A DNA stretch of 64,000 nucleotides from Bdellovibrionales bacterium (GCA_027317865.1 DAHVQG010000002.1:96001-160000); one strand, 5' to 3'. Counted from the stretch's first letter, positions 19,589-29,502 are shown. The notes: a model not told the origin generated them from the letters alone. Translations and numbers: made by a program.

Positions 19589-21432
19589 GTCTCTTCAAGA
19601 CGGTCGACAAGAATCTGACGAAAAAATCGGAATTCCGGGAGGGTTAAAACTAAATTGACTAATGTGGGCTCATTAGGATTTCTCACCGGAGTATCCCATG
19701 GCAAACCGATGCCATAATTTTCACGTACCGCCTGATTAAGCAGTTCGGACATTAGATATTCGTGAAAAAACCGGTCTTGAAGTAAATTCGGGAGCAAACT
19801 CCCGTTGTTTACCCACTTGGCAAAGGCGATGAATTCACGATCTTCACACGCTTGGGCCGGCTTTTTATTCGGCGACCGTTTGCTGTTACGGTTCAATCGA
19901 TGAATCATCCGAATACAATTGTTGTCTGGCAAGATCGCATGTTCGTTGAGTTGTCGGCGCGCCACGTAGGTCCAAACCGGTTCGTTGTAGCGTTGCCCAA
20001 AATACTGAAGCGCGCGCCAATCTCGTTCGTGAAGCGCGCGCCACGCGAGCCAACGCCCGACGCGCAAGTCTTTCGGTCGCTCCCTCGCCAATCTCTCTAA
20101 TTCTGAAAATTTCCCGCTATAATAATGAACGGCCGAAAACACGTCTTGCGCCACTATAAATTCGTCATGGAGGCTTGGTTTAAGAAAATTAAACGGTTTA
20201 ATGTTATGTTGCCGGATGAATTTTTGAATTTTAGCGGCCGCGTTTTTAACTGTTGGGTTATCTGGCGAAATCGGCTGAACTTCGAAGCGGTCAGTCAACG
20301 AATCAAAAATTTCGGGCGATAAACTATCGATATAAAGAAGATCGCCCAAACGAAACGAGTACCGTATACTACCAAAGCCTCGCCACTTCGCCCAAGCCGA
20401 TTCGATCGGTATCACACGGTTTTTTGGCCAATTAACCGTCGGCGCGGTTAACGCCGCCGCCAACGACACCGATGGGATCGTCATAAATTTCGAGTTCGCG
20501 TGCGCTTTGGTCGCATGAAGCAAATCGAATAGCGTCGCCCCGAGATCAGCGAGAGTGACGTTCGCATCAATTGGCCAACTGTTGCCCTGCTTAAGATCTT
20601 TGTGCGCTGGTTTAAATAACAAGAAAACATGGGTGTTTTCACTGTAAAGATCGAGTGTGTTGATTTCCCCCCGGTCTTGATCTGGTACGCCGTTCAACCC
20701 CACAATCACGACATTTGTTTTGCGCCACCTTCTCAACTGTTTTAGCCGAATTACTAATTGCGACAACGCGCGGTTAAAGTAATCGAATTGGGTATACATC
20801 GGAGTTTCACTGCTTACTTCGGTTTCAAATCGTGCCGGTGGCGCAAATTGCAAATCCGGCACGTAGATAACGGTAAAAAACGGTCGATGTTTGGAGCCGC
20901 CATTTAGCCAGCGAAAAAACAGTTTTAGAGTTACTCCAAACGGACGATAGAGTTCACTTGACGTCGGCATTACATCGTCGTCAAAAAACTCAAAACCCTT
21001 ATCTAATCCGGACTTTCTCCAGATGGGTGGACCCCCTGAAAAAAAAGCGGTGCGATAACCGGCGCGAAAGGCAGCATCGCTCACGGTGTCAAATTTTTCT
21101 GAAAGGTAATTGTCGCCGTTTTGATGAACATGATCGTCGATCGGATATAAGCCAGTCAAAATCGAAGTCAGCGCCGATTGACTTAAGATTGATGTCGTAT
21201 AGGCCTGCGTGAATCGCACGCCATTTTCACAGATTGCCGCTAGACCGTCATCTTGTGCCGTAGAACAGTCTAGCGAATCAGCGCTTAACCGTTCGACGGC
21301 AATGATTAGAAATGATGGTTTGTTCGTTTTACCCCAAGTACAACCGCCTAAAAACAGCATGCCGACTGCTACAAGCGCCGTCCCAACCAACGGTCTTGCG
21401 ATATGGATAACCGAGTCGAATCGCAAAACCAT
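19576..21432 (-). CDS. Sulfatase/alkaline-phosphatase-superfamily lipoprotein with degenerate active site
   Basis: Lipobox LGGC. FLIIAVERL, GVRFTQAYT, SILTGLYP, GYRTAFF, GLDKGFEFFDD and DLGATLFDLL match the sulfatase scaffold. Start uncertain (21432 or 21426). Confidence 0.75.
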   Translation of the reverse strand: MVLRFDSVIHIARPLVGTALVAVGMLFLGGCTWGKTNKPSFLIIAVERLSADSLDCSTAQDDGLAAICENGVRFTQAYTTSILSQSALTSILTGLYPIDDHVHQNGDNYLSEKFDTVSDAAFRAGYRTAFFSGGPPIWRKSGLDKGFEFFDDDVMPTSSELYRPFGVTLKLFFRWLNGGSKHRPFFTVIYVPDLQFAPPARFETEVSSETPMYTQFDYFNRALSQLVIRLKQLRRWRKTNVVIVGLNGVPDQDRGEINTLDLYSENTHVFLLFKPAHKDLKQGNSWPIDANVTLADLGATLFDLLHATKAHANSKFMTIPSVSLAAALTAPTVNWPKNRVIPIESAWAKWRGFGSIRYSFRLGDLLYIDSLSPEIFDSLTDRFEVQPISPDNPTVKNAAAKIQKFIRQHNIKPFNFLKPSLHDEFIVAQDVFSAVHYYSGKFSELERLARERPKDLRVGRWLAWRALHERDWRALQYFGQRYNEPVWTYVARRQLNEHAILPDNNCIRMIHRLNRNSKRSPNKKPAQACEDREFIAFAKWVNNGSLLPNLLQDRFFHEYLMSELLNQAVRENYGIGLPWDTPVRNPNEPTLVNLVLTLPEFRFFRQILVDRLEETQEN

Positions 21433-21535
21433 ACCCTCCTTAAGCACCATCTGCTTTGTGTCAGAAGATGATACCTTGACCACGCAAAACTCGACCAGCG
21501 ATAATTTTTAATATTTGCTTGCGGAGGTTCCCAAC

Positions 21536-22162
21536 ATGTTAACTCAAAAATTTTTTGTCATCGCGCAATCCGTTCACGAGGGGACACTCTGGCTCCTTGT
21601 CATTTTAAGCGTTTTTAGTATCGCGTTTATTATCGAAAGGTATTTTACGCTTTCGACTGTTACGAAAAAAAGCGAATCCATGGCTAAGCAAATTCAAGAA
21701 ACGTTACACAGCAACAATCTCAAAGATCTTGAAGATTTGTCTCGTGATCGCGATTCAATCGAGGGCCGCGCGCTATCTTACGGTTTGCGCCACACGAAAG
21801 AACACGGCACAAAAGGTCTAGAAGAAATCTTTGATTCATACGGGCAACTTGAGCGGCAAAAACTCGAACGCCGGCTTGGATTTTTAGCAACTGTTGGCTC
21901 GAACGCCCCGTTTATAGGCCTTCTCGGCACCGTGTTTGGTATTATGGATGCATTTCATGGTCTTGCCAGTTCATCCGGACAAATCCAGGCCGTGCTTATC
22001 GGGATATCCAATGCGCTTGTGGCGACCGCAGCGGGCCTCATTGTCGCGATTCCAGCCGTCATCGCGTACAACTATTTTCAACGGCGAGTGAAAATGGTTT
22101 TACAAAACCTTGAGAGTACAAAAGATATTTGCGTCGCGTACGCCAAAGCATTCAAAGGATAA
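21536..22162 (+). CDS. MotA/TolQ/ExbB proton channel protein
   Basis: LATVGSNAPFIGLLGTVFGIM and ALVATAAGLIVAIPAVIAYNYF motifs. ATG 21536 with GGAGG SD. Confidence 0.93.
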   Translation: MLTQKFFVIAQSVHEGTLWLLVILSVFSIAFIIERYFTLSTVTKKSESMAKQIQETLHSNNLKDLEDLSRDRDSIEGRALSYGLRHTKEHGTKGLEEIFDSYGQLERQKLERRLGFLATVGSNAPFIGLLGTVFGIMDAFHGLASSSGQIQAVLIGISNALVATAAGLIVAIPAVIAYNYFQRRVKMVLQNLESTKDICVAYAKAFKG

Positions 22163-22164
22163 AT

Positions 22165-22581
22165 ATGGCGGCTAAAATCAGCGGAGAAGATAGCGAGCCC
22201 ATAGCGGACATTAACATCGTCCCCTTTGTCGATATCATTTTAGTTGTGCTCATTATATTCATGATCGCGGCCCCATTTGTCGAAAAATCGAGTATCAAAC
22301 TGAATCTACCAAAAGCTGCCAGCGGAGAAGATACGAAACCATCGCAGTTAACGGTTTATATAACGGCCGCCGGCAAAGCGTTTATCGATGGTAAGCCCGT
22401 AACCGACAAACAAATTTCTTCGTTTGCACACGAGATGGCCATCAAAAAGCCGAACACACAGGCGATTATATCAGCCGACAAAGACTCGCTCCATGGTCGA
22501 GTCGTTCAAGTGATCGATCTCATTAAAACGGCGGGAATTAACCGCTTTGCCATTACTGTCGATAAAACGACGAAGCCGTAG
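22165..22581 (+). CDS. ExbD/TolR family protein
   Basis: DINIVPFVDIILVVLIIFM with the essential TM Asp, plus LPKA and ISADK motifs. Confidence 0.93.
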   Translation: MAAKISGEDSEPIADINIVPFVDIILVVLIIFMIAAPFVEKSSIKLNLPKAASGEDTKPSQLTVYITAAGKAFIDGKPVTDKQISSFAHEMAIKKPNTQAIISADKDSLHGRVVQVIDLIKTAGINRFAITVDKTTKP

Positions 22582-22635
22582 TCTGTCGAATTGAACGTCC
22601 TCAAGTCGCAAAGGAATTGTTCTAAGGTGACGCCC

Positions 22636-23061
22636 TCATTTAGGTCGCCAAGCATGTTTTAATAAAATCAGCGAAGTCAAAGTCAGAGCGAGAACGACGA
22701 ATGTAACACCGGCGTAGAACCAATCTTTATCTGCAATAATAAAGAGAATTAACGACACAGCGACTCGAAGTATGGGTGTCAAAACAAGTAGAAAAATACC
22801 GCAATCAAGCACGCTTCTGCCATCAAATTGTGTTAACCCATTAAACATCGTGCGCAAATTATCTTGAAACGCAATATGTTGCATCATCGCAATGCTCGGC
22901 AAGCCGTGAATCCAGCTCAAACCTAAGCCGATCGCCATGACTGCGATGCTCGCAAATACGCCGACTCGCAGTACCCAACTGGCCGCATCTTGAATAATGA
23001 ACTCATTTTTCTCCGCCGGTACAGTAGAGTCTATTGGTGCTTTTTCAGATTGCAGTTTCAC
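22636..23061 (-). CDS. DUF1634 domain membrane protein
   Basis: WVLRVGV and GIFLLVLTPILRV...DKDWFY motifs. This family is typically paired with TSUP genes. Confidence 0.85.
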   Translation of the reverse strand: MKLQSEKAPIDSTVPAEKNEFIIQDAASWVLRVGVFASIAVMAIGLGLSWIHGLPSIAMMQHIAFQDNLRTMFNGLTQFDGRSVLDCGIFLLVLTPILRVAVSLILFIIADKDWFYAGVTFVVLALTLTSLILLKHAWRPK

Positions 23062-23075
23062 GATACCACCCCCAA

Positions 23076-23939
23076 TTAGAAATTTAACCCAAGTCCCTTC
23101 AGCAACATCTCAACTCCTATCACACCAAGCGCAACGGCAAACACCTTTCGAATAGACGCGTTGGACATTCGCTCCATTAGTTTTGTACCTATTATCGCCC
23201 CGACAAGAACTGCGGCGGCCACGGGGGCAACCAAATAACTTAGCACCAAGCCGCTGTGCAAATAAACACCCGCCGCAGATGCGGCAGTCACACCAATCAT
23301 AAAATTGCTCGTCGCTGTAGACACTTTGGTTGGAACTTTCATACAGATTTCATGGGCGAGAACCTTCAAAACTCCGGCTCCAATTCCCAACAGTCCAGAA
23401 ATGATCCCCGCCAAGAACATAATTCCCATCGAAGGCGGGATTCCGGTGACTTGGTAATAAACATCTCTGCCGAGACGTTTGTCAAAATAAAATCCATTTA
23501 GACGAAGTTTTGCCGCCAACCCATCGTTGCGAACGCCCTCTGGCAGTTCCTCACCAATGTTGGCAAGAATAGGTATTAGAGAAAGCAAGAGAGTAACTCC
23601 GAACAAAATGCTGAGCGCTGCCGGACTAATGTATGGAGCCAGCAGAGCAGCGCCTACAATTGCACCCGTTGCAGTCGACAGCTCCAGAAACATGGCGATT
23701 CGTACGTTGGTGACATGATCTTTTAAATAAACAGACCCGGCGCCACTAGAAACGGCTATGACGGAAATGATACTGGCCCCGATCGCTTGTTGGATCGGAA
23801 TGTGCATCAGTAAAGTTAACACGGGAACGATGACTATCCCTCCGCCAAGTCCGCTAATTGAACCTATTACACCACCGAGCAACGAGGCTACGCCCACTTC
23901 AAAGAGCCACAACAAAGACGCCGCTGATTGCATATCCAA
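23076..23939 (-). CDS. TSUP (TauE/SafE) family transporter
   Basis: GSISGLGGGIVIVP, SGLLGIGAG and KVSTATSNFMIGVTAA motifs. Confidence 0.92.
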   Translation of the reverse strand: MDMQSAASLLWLFEVGVASLLGGVIGSISGLGGGIVIVPVLTLLMHIPIQQAIGASIISVIAVSSGAGSVYLKDHVTNVRIAMFLELSTATGAIVGAALLAPYISPAALSILFGVTLLLSLIPILANIGEELPEGVRNDGLAAKLRLNGFYFDKRLGRDVYYQVTGIPPSMGIMFLAGIISGLLGIGAGVLKVLAHEICMKVPTKVSTATSNFMIGVTAASAAGVYLHSGLVLSYLVAPVAAAVLVGAIIGTKLMERMSNASIRKVFAVALGVIGVEMLLKGLGLNF

Positions 23940-23980
23940 GACTTTCTAGAAATTGAATTGCTTTTCGAATCGATTTTTTT

Positions 23981-24052
23981 GGCATATATATGCCTGAAAA
24001 TGAAATCACTTAAAAATATATAATTTCTATGAAACCTATTCCCAAAAGGAAT
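23981..24052. promoter_or_regulatory. Divergent LysR/TSUP control region with palindrome and T-N11-A box
   Basis: Perfect palindrome GGCATATATATGCC (23981-23994). ATTCC-N5-GGAAT dyad (24038-24052) fits the LTTR T-N11-A box. AT-rich spacer. Confidence 0.5.
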
Positions 24053-24953
24053 GCTCGTTTTGGACGTAAATCACCTTAAGTATTTTTATACGGTTGCTAA
24101 GGAAGGTAGCTTTACTAAAGCCGCAAATTCTCTTCGAGTTCAACAACCGACCGTCAGCAAAATGATTCGCTCGCTTGAGATGCAGCTAGGATTTGTTCTT
24201 ATCGAACGCGGCAAGAAGGGAATAACACTCACGAATTCCGGGACCCGGGTTTTCAAGTTATGCCAAGAAATCTTTGAACGAGTCGAGCAGATCGTCAACT
24301 GTTCTGACCCTGAAAATCAAGAGTGCGTCGGTTCACTCAATTTTGGCGCTAACGACGGTGTCTCATCGCATTTGATGCCAACCGTACTCAGCGTCTTTTT
24401 GCGCGACCATCCAAAAGCTCGTCCCTCTATTTTCAGCGGCAATTCCACTTTGATCTCTCGAGAAATTATCGACGGCAAAATCGATTTTGGATTATTTTTT
24501 GCAGCTCCTGAGCCGGGAGGTTTTGAATTAACGGAACTATTCCAGGTCAAGTTTGAGTTGGTTGTGGCGACGGCGGTACTTGAGCGCCAAGATATCGAAC
24601 AAGTCACGAAACGTCTCATCGTGCCTCGCGAGATTGACTACGGAAAGTTTATGCCGCCGCCGGCTCTTCAAATGTTAAAAAGGAACGGCATAAGTTTCGA
24701 CCATGTCATTACGACAAATACGTACGACTCGCAAAAGATGCTTGTTCAAGCGGGACTCGGAGCTGCCCTGTTGCCCTCATTCATGGTTTTTCGTGAACTT
24801 AGAAATGGAAAGTTAAAAGCCGTGTATCCGAACAAATCTTTTTTTACTTCGTTAAAGCTCATAAAACGCAATGGAAAGATCCTTTCTAAGAATTCTTCTG
24901 TTTTTCTTGATTATGTCGGGCGCTTAGCGCCCAGTATTATCGAGCCGACTTAA
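24051..24953 (+). CDS. LysR family transcriptional regulator
   Basis: HLKYFYTVAKEGSFTKAANSLRVQQPTVSKMIRSLE HTH, 300 aa, divergent from the TSUP gene. Confidence 0.95.
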   Translation: MLVLDVNHLKYFYTVAKEGSFTKAANSLRVQQPTVSKMIRSLEMQLGFVLIERGKKGITLTNSGTRVFKLCQEIFERVEQIVNCSDPENQECVGSLNFGANDGVSSHLMPTVLSVFLRDHPKARPSIFSGNSTLISREIIDGKIDFGLFFAAPEPGGFELTELFQVKFELVVATAVLERQDIEQVTKRLIVPREIDYGKFMPPPALQMLKRNGISFDHVITTNTYDSQKMLVQAGLGAALLPSFMVFRELRNGKLKAVYPNKSFFTSLKLIKRNGKILSKNSSVFLDYVGRLAPSIIEPT

Positions 24954-25642
24954 AAGCCGAGCTGCGCTTCGAGATTTTGATTTAAGACTTGCGCGACCTC
25001 ATTGCGGTCGACAGATTCACCGAGAACTTCTTCGATTGAAGTCATAATTGAAGATTGCATCCCGCACGGATTAATTCCCGAAAATGCCATCGGATCGTAC
25101 GTAACGTTTAATGCGACTCCGTGATAAGTCACCCATTTGCGGCAGGCAATCCCGATAGAAGCAATTTTCTTGTCCCCGTTTGCAACCCACACGCCGGTAC
25201 GCGAAATATGGCCCTGGGTATCTTTCGCGACTTTTTCGCTTGAAATCGCGGCCCCCTGTTTAGAGACCAGCGAGCCACCTTGAGCACTAATGCCAAATTT
25301 TGCAAGTGCTTCGGCAACTGCAGTTTCTAATGCGCGCATAAATCCGTGCAAATCACGAGCACCAAAATTTCGACGCGGCCGCGACAAATCTATTATCGGA
25401 TATGCCACCAATTGACTGGGCCCATGATATGTCGCACGCCCGCCACGCGACACTTCAACAATTTCGCCCTGCCATCCATGTAAATCATCGGGTCCGGTTG
25501 CGCGCCCTAAAGTTACCGTCGGCGGATGTGAACAAAAAACAAGTGTATCTTCTATGCGCGACGATACAACGCTCTCTACAAGTTCAAGCTGCCGCCGGGT
25601 TGCTTCGCGATAATCAATTAGCCCCCAGTCGATAAAGTTCAT
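24950..25642 (-). CDS. lipB: Lipoyl(octanoyl) transferase
   Basis: HPPTVTLGR, RGGRATYHGPSQLVAYP, KIASIGI, HGVALN and INPCG motifs. Confidence 0.97.
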   Translation of the reverse strand: MNFIDWGLIDYREATRRQLELVESVVSSRIEDTLVFCSHPPTVTLGRATGPDDLHGWQGEIVEVSRGGRATYHGPSQLVAYPIIDLSRPRRNFGARDLHGFMRALETAVAEALAKFGISAQGGSLVSKQGAAISSEKVAKDTQGHISRTGVWVANGDKKIASIGIACRKWVTYHGVALNVTYDPMAFSGINPCGMQSSIMTSIEEVLGESVDRNEVAQVLNQNLEAQLGF

Positions 25643-27171
25643 GTTCTTGTTGCGGTGGTTGGCCGATTTGTCGTTTCGGTTCGCGACAACGGTTTTTGTA
25701 TGATGTGAATGGCGTGGCCGAGTGTGGCTTCAGCGGCCTCCATCACCACTTCTCCAAGCGTCGGGTGCGGGTGAATCGTCAGCGCAAGGTCTTCAAGTAG
25801 CGCGCCCATTTCAATCGCCAAAGCTGCCTCGCTTATGAGATTGCTGACTTCGGGGCCCACCATATGTACGCCCAGAACAACATGCGACTTTTTATCGGCA
25901 ATAATTTTCACGAAACCATCTGTCTCCATCAGTGAAACGGCTCGCCCGTTGGCCGCAAACGGAAATTTGCTGATCATAAGATCATTAAAACCGCGCGCGG
26001 CACATTCCGACTCGAGCAGCCCGACACTGGCAATTTCAGGATCGGTAAATACAACTGCCGGGACGGTCTTAACATCGTACGCTCGGTTCATGCCGCCAAT
26101 GACTTCGGCAACGAGCACTCCTTCGTGACTCGCTTTATGCGCGAGCATTGGCTGCCCCGCAATGTCACCTATTGCAAAAATATGAGCGAAATTTGTCCGC
26201 CTTTGGGAGTTCACCTTAACGAAACCCCGCTCATCAATTGCGACACCAACTTTTTTTAGCCCCGTTTGATCAGAGTTTGGCCGCCGGCCCACAGTTAGTA
26301 AAATTTTGTCACATTCGATTTTTTCAGTTTTCCCTGAAAGTTCGTATTCGACGCTGTACGACGAATCCTTTTTGTCGCCCATTTTCTTATAAGCTTTTGC
26401 TTTGGCGCCAAAAATCACATTCACTCCGCTTTTCTTTAACTTTCGCTCCACAATTTGTACACATTCACGGTCGGCAACACCGTTTAAAAGCGCAGAGCCT
26501 GCTTCAAGCACGGTTACTTCACTCCCCAATTTTCTCAGGTAAGAGCCTATTTCGAGTCCAATGTAACCGCCGCCAATTACAACCAATGATTTGGGAATTT
26601 CGTCAAGTGCGAGCGCCCCCGTCGACGACAAAACATTTTTTTCGTCGATTTGAAATCCCGGAATTTCAATTGGTCTTGAGCCGGTTGCAATGACAAAATT
26701 TTTGGCTGTGACCATTGTCACCTCGCCCGCTCCATTAGTTTTACCGTTCGTTTCGCCCGGGCGGCTCGCGCTGACTTTCAGTTCGTTTGGCGAAACAAAT
26801 TCCGCTTCGCCACGAATCACCGTCACAGCGTTACCTTTTAACAGTTGCGAAACACCGCTCGACATACGGTCTGAGACGGATTGCTTCCAACCCACTAGCT
26901 TTTTCATGTTGAGATTGATTTCAGCCGATTTTCCGCCGCTTTTTATTTCGATACCCATTTCAGGAGCATCATGACGGAGTCTTTCTAAAAAGTGCGACGC
27001 GCTGATCATCGCCTTTGAGGGAATGCAACCAACATTTAAACAAACGCCGCCTAAAAACTCGCGCTCGATGACACACGTTTTTTTACCCAGTTGCGCCGCC
27101 CGGATCGCAGCCACATAACCCCCAGGTCCGGCACCAATTACGCAAACATCAAAATTTTGTTGAGTACTCAC
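25639..27171 (-). CDS. lpdA: Dihydrolipoyl dehydrogenase (E3)
   Basis: GAGPGGYVAAIRAAQLG, GGVCLNVGCIPSK, GGGYIGLE and HPHPTLGE motifs. Confidence 0.98.
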   Translation of the reverse strand: MSTQQNFDVCVIGAGPGGYVAAIRAAQLGKKTCVIEREFLGGVCLNVGCIPSKAMISASHFLERLRHDAPEMGIEIKSGGKSAEINLNMKKLVGWKQSVSDRMSSGVSQLLKGNAVTVIRGEAEFVSPNELKVSASRPGETNGKTNGAGEVTMVTAKNFVIATGSRPIEIPGFQIDEKNVLSSTGALALDEIPKSLVVIGGGYIGLEIGSYLRKLGSEVTVLEAGSALLNGVADRECVQIVERKLKKSGVNVIFGAKAKAYKKMGDKKDSSYSVEYELSGKTEKIECDKILLTVGRRPNSDQTGLKKVGVAIDERGFVKVNSQRRTNFAHIFAIGDIAGQPMLAHKASHEGVLVAEVIGGMNRAYDVKTVPAVVFTDPEIASVGLLESECAARGFNDLMISKFPFAANGRAVSLMETDGFVKIIADKKSHVVLGVHMVGPEVSNLISEAALAIEMGALLEDLALTIHPHPTLGEVVMEAAEATLGHAIHIIQKPLSRTETTNRPTTATRT

Positions 27172-27194
27172 CGTAAACTCCGTTTGTTATGTAC

Positions 27195-27216
27195 AGGCCG
27201 CGCCATTTCGCGGCCT
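27195..27216. other. GC-rich intergenic hairpin between E2 and E3 genes
   Basis: AGGCCGCG-ccattt-CGCGGCCT is a perfect 8-bp stem with no U-tract, so more likely a processing/stability element than a terminator. Confidence 0.45.
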
Positions 27217-27225
27217 CAGGTATTG

Positions 27226-28563
27226 TTAAACCATATCGAGTACAAGCTCGCCCACATTTTCAATACGTTTCAAAAACGCCTTTAAGAAATTTGCCGCCAC
27301 GGCGCCATCGATCAAGCGGTGATCGCAGGTCGCTGAGAAATTCATCACTTGGGTGGGCACAAATGTTCCGTCTTTATAAACGGGCTTCCAATCTACCTTG
27401 TACATGCCGATGATCGCGACTTCTGGATGATTAATGATCGGTGTCGCGTACGAGCCGCCCACGCTCCCGATATTGGTGATCGTGATCGTTGCGCCTTTCA
27501 TTTCTTCGACAGATATTTTACCGTCGCGCGCTTTGTTTGCCAGCTCCACAATTTCTCGGCTGATCTCAAGCACTGTCTTTTGATCCGCATTTTTTATGAC
27601 CGGCACTAATAATCCGTTTGGGGTGTCAGCGGCAAAACCGATGTTGTAGTACTTTTTGTACACGATTTCGCCGGCCTGATCGTCAATACTCGCATTGAGC
27701 ATCGGAAAATTTCGCAGTGTCGAAATAAGCGCCTTCATTACAAAAGGTAAATAGGTGACTTTGATACCCAATTTTTCCGCTGCTTGCTTGGCCTGCGCGC
27801 GCAAGCGAACAAGTTCTGAAACATTGGCTTCATCCATTATAGTAAAATGAGGAACAATTTGCTTCGTCAGTTGCATCTGTTCGGCAATTTTGCGGCGAAT
27901 TCCTCGAAGCGGGACTCGTTCTTCAGCATTTGCTTGAGTTGAGACGTAAGCATGCCGAGGTACAGATGGCATCATTGGCGCCCACGACGGAGATCCCGCC
28001 GCGACGGCACCTGAACCCGATTTACTTTTCATCACATCTTCACGTGTCACGCGGCCAGCGAGCCCCGTGCCCTGAAGAAGGTTAATGTCGACACTCATCT
28101 CGCGCGCGAGCCGTCTCGTTGCAGGTGTCGCCAAAACTCGCGATTCCGCCGTCGGCGGGTAAACATCCAACCCGCCGCCGTTACCACGAGCCGCAAATTG
28201 AGGCGCCGCTGCCGGTGCCGTCTTTGGCGTTGCCGACATCGCAGAGGCTGGTTTTGACGGCGATGAAGGCGTTGCCTTCGATGAAACAGTTGCCGCCGGT
28301 TTTGCGACCGCCGCACCAGCACCACTTGCATCGAGCAAAAGAAGTGTCGTTTCAATTGGTACGACATCACCCTCTTTGGCTTTTAATTCTTTTACTACTC
28401 CAGCAACAGGGGACGGCACTTCAACTGTTGCTTTATCGGTCATGACTTCAGCGACCGGTTGATCAGCACTCACCGAATCACCGACTTTCACCAACCATTT
28501 TACGATTTCGCCTTCGGTCACACCTTCGCCAATATCGGGGAGCTTCACTTCTTTCGTTGCCAT
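27226..28563 (-). CDS. 2-oxoacid dehydrogenase E2 (dihydrolipoamide acyltransferase, one lipoyl domain)
   Basis: Lipoyl domain TDKATVEVPSP, E3-binding ATPATRRLARE and catalytic DHRLIDGA. Pyruvate versus branched-chain specificity cannot be resolved here. Confidence 0.93.
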   Translation of the reverse strand: MATKEVKLPDIGEGVTEGEIVKWLVKVGDSVSADQPVAEVMTDKATVEVPSPVAGVVKELKAKEGDVVPIETTLLLLDASGAGAAVAKPAATVSSKATPSSPSKPASAMSATPKTAPAAAPQFAARGNGGGLDVYPPTAESRVLATPATRRLAREMSVDINLLQGTGLAGRVTREDVMKSKSGSGAVAAGSPSWAPMMPSVPRHAYVSTQANAEERVPLRGIRRKIAEQMQLTKQIVPHFTIMDEANVSELVRLRAQAKQAAEKLGIKVTYLPFVMKALISTLRNFPMLNASIDDQAGEIVYKKYYNIGFAADTPNGLLVPVIKNADQKTVLEISREIVELANKARDGKISVEEMKGATITITNIGSVGGSYATPIINHPEVAIIGMYKVDWKPVYKDGTFVPTQVMNFSATCDHRLIDGAVAANFLKAFLKRIENVGELVLDMV

Positions 28564-28581
28564 TTTTTCTCCGTAATTTAG

Positions 28582-29502
28582 TTAAGCGTTCGTCAATTCG
28601 CGTTTTCGTTTTTCGATTATCCCACGCATAAAATATTCACCGGCCCGGTACGAACTACGCACCAAGGCGCCGCTTGCCACATATAGAAATCCCATTTCTT
28701 CGGCCCGTGACTTCCACCACGCAAATTTTTCGGGAGTCACAAATTCTTCAACCTTAAGCTTCGTTTTGGTCGGCTGTAAATACTGGCCGAAGGTCACCAC
28801 ATCGCAATCAACCGCGCGCAAATCGCGCAACGTCTGCATGACTTCGTCATCGCTTTCGCCCAAGCCTAACATAATCGAAGTTTTCGTATAACGAGTAGGA
28901 TCATGCTTTTTAACAAACGCGAGAACCCCAAGTGATTGCGCATAACCGGCTCGTGGGTCACGAGCGCGCTTTTGAAGCCGCTCCACAGTTTCGATATTAT
29001 GCGCAAACACATCCGGTTTAGCGTCGACAATTTTTGCGATAAACTCTTTGTGCCCCTTAAAATCGGGAGTTAAAACCTCAACTAAAAGTTCCGGTTTATT
29101 CGCTTTGATCGTCGCCACTGTGCGCGCAAAATGTCCCGAACCTTCATCCGGGAGGTCATCGCGATCGACGCTTGTAATAACCACATAATCGAGATTCATT
29201 TGGGCAATCGCAAAACCCACTTTTTCGGGTTCGTCATTATCAATGCGGCCCTTCGGGTTACCCGTTTTCACTGAACAAAATCGGCACCCGCGCGTACATA
29301 CCTCACCCATCAGCATAAATGTCGCCGTGCCGCCACCCCAACATTCAGCCACGTTCGGGCAACGTGCCTCTTGGCAAACGGTTGCCAAGTTAAGCGATTT
29401 AAGAAGGTCTTTGATTTCGTGATATTTTTCTCCCGCAGGAGCGCGAACTTTTAACCATTCCGGCTTAGGCGCAAAACGGGATTTAGCGGTATTTTCTTGC
29501 AT
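28582..29502 (-). CDS. lipA: Lipoyl synthase
   Basis: CQEARCPNVAEC, CTRGCRFC and VRSSYRA motifs. Start ATG 29502 with AGGA SD. Confidence 0.98.
   Translation of the reverse strand: MQENTAKSRFAPKPEWLKVRAPAGEKYHEIKDLLKSLNLATVCQEARCPNVAECWGGGTATFMLMGEVCTRGCRFCSVKTGNPKGRIDNDEPEKVGFAIAQMNLDYVVITSVDRDDLPDEGSGHFARTVATIKANKPELLVEVLTPDFKGHKEFIAKIVDAKPDVFAHNIETVERLQKRARDPRAGYAQSLGVLAFVKKHDPTRYTKTSIMLGLGESDDEVMQTLRDLRAVDCDVVTFGQYLQPTKTKLKVEEFVTPEKFAWWKSRAEEMGFLYVASGALVRSSYRAGEYFMRGIIEKRKRELTNA

Noticed and set aside
28150-28330. Ala/Pro/Ser low-complexity stretch
   Set aside because: It is the normal flexible linker of E2 subunits.
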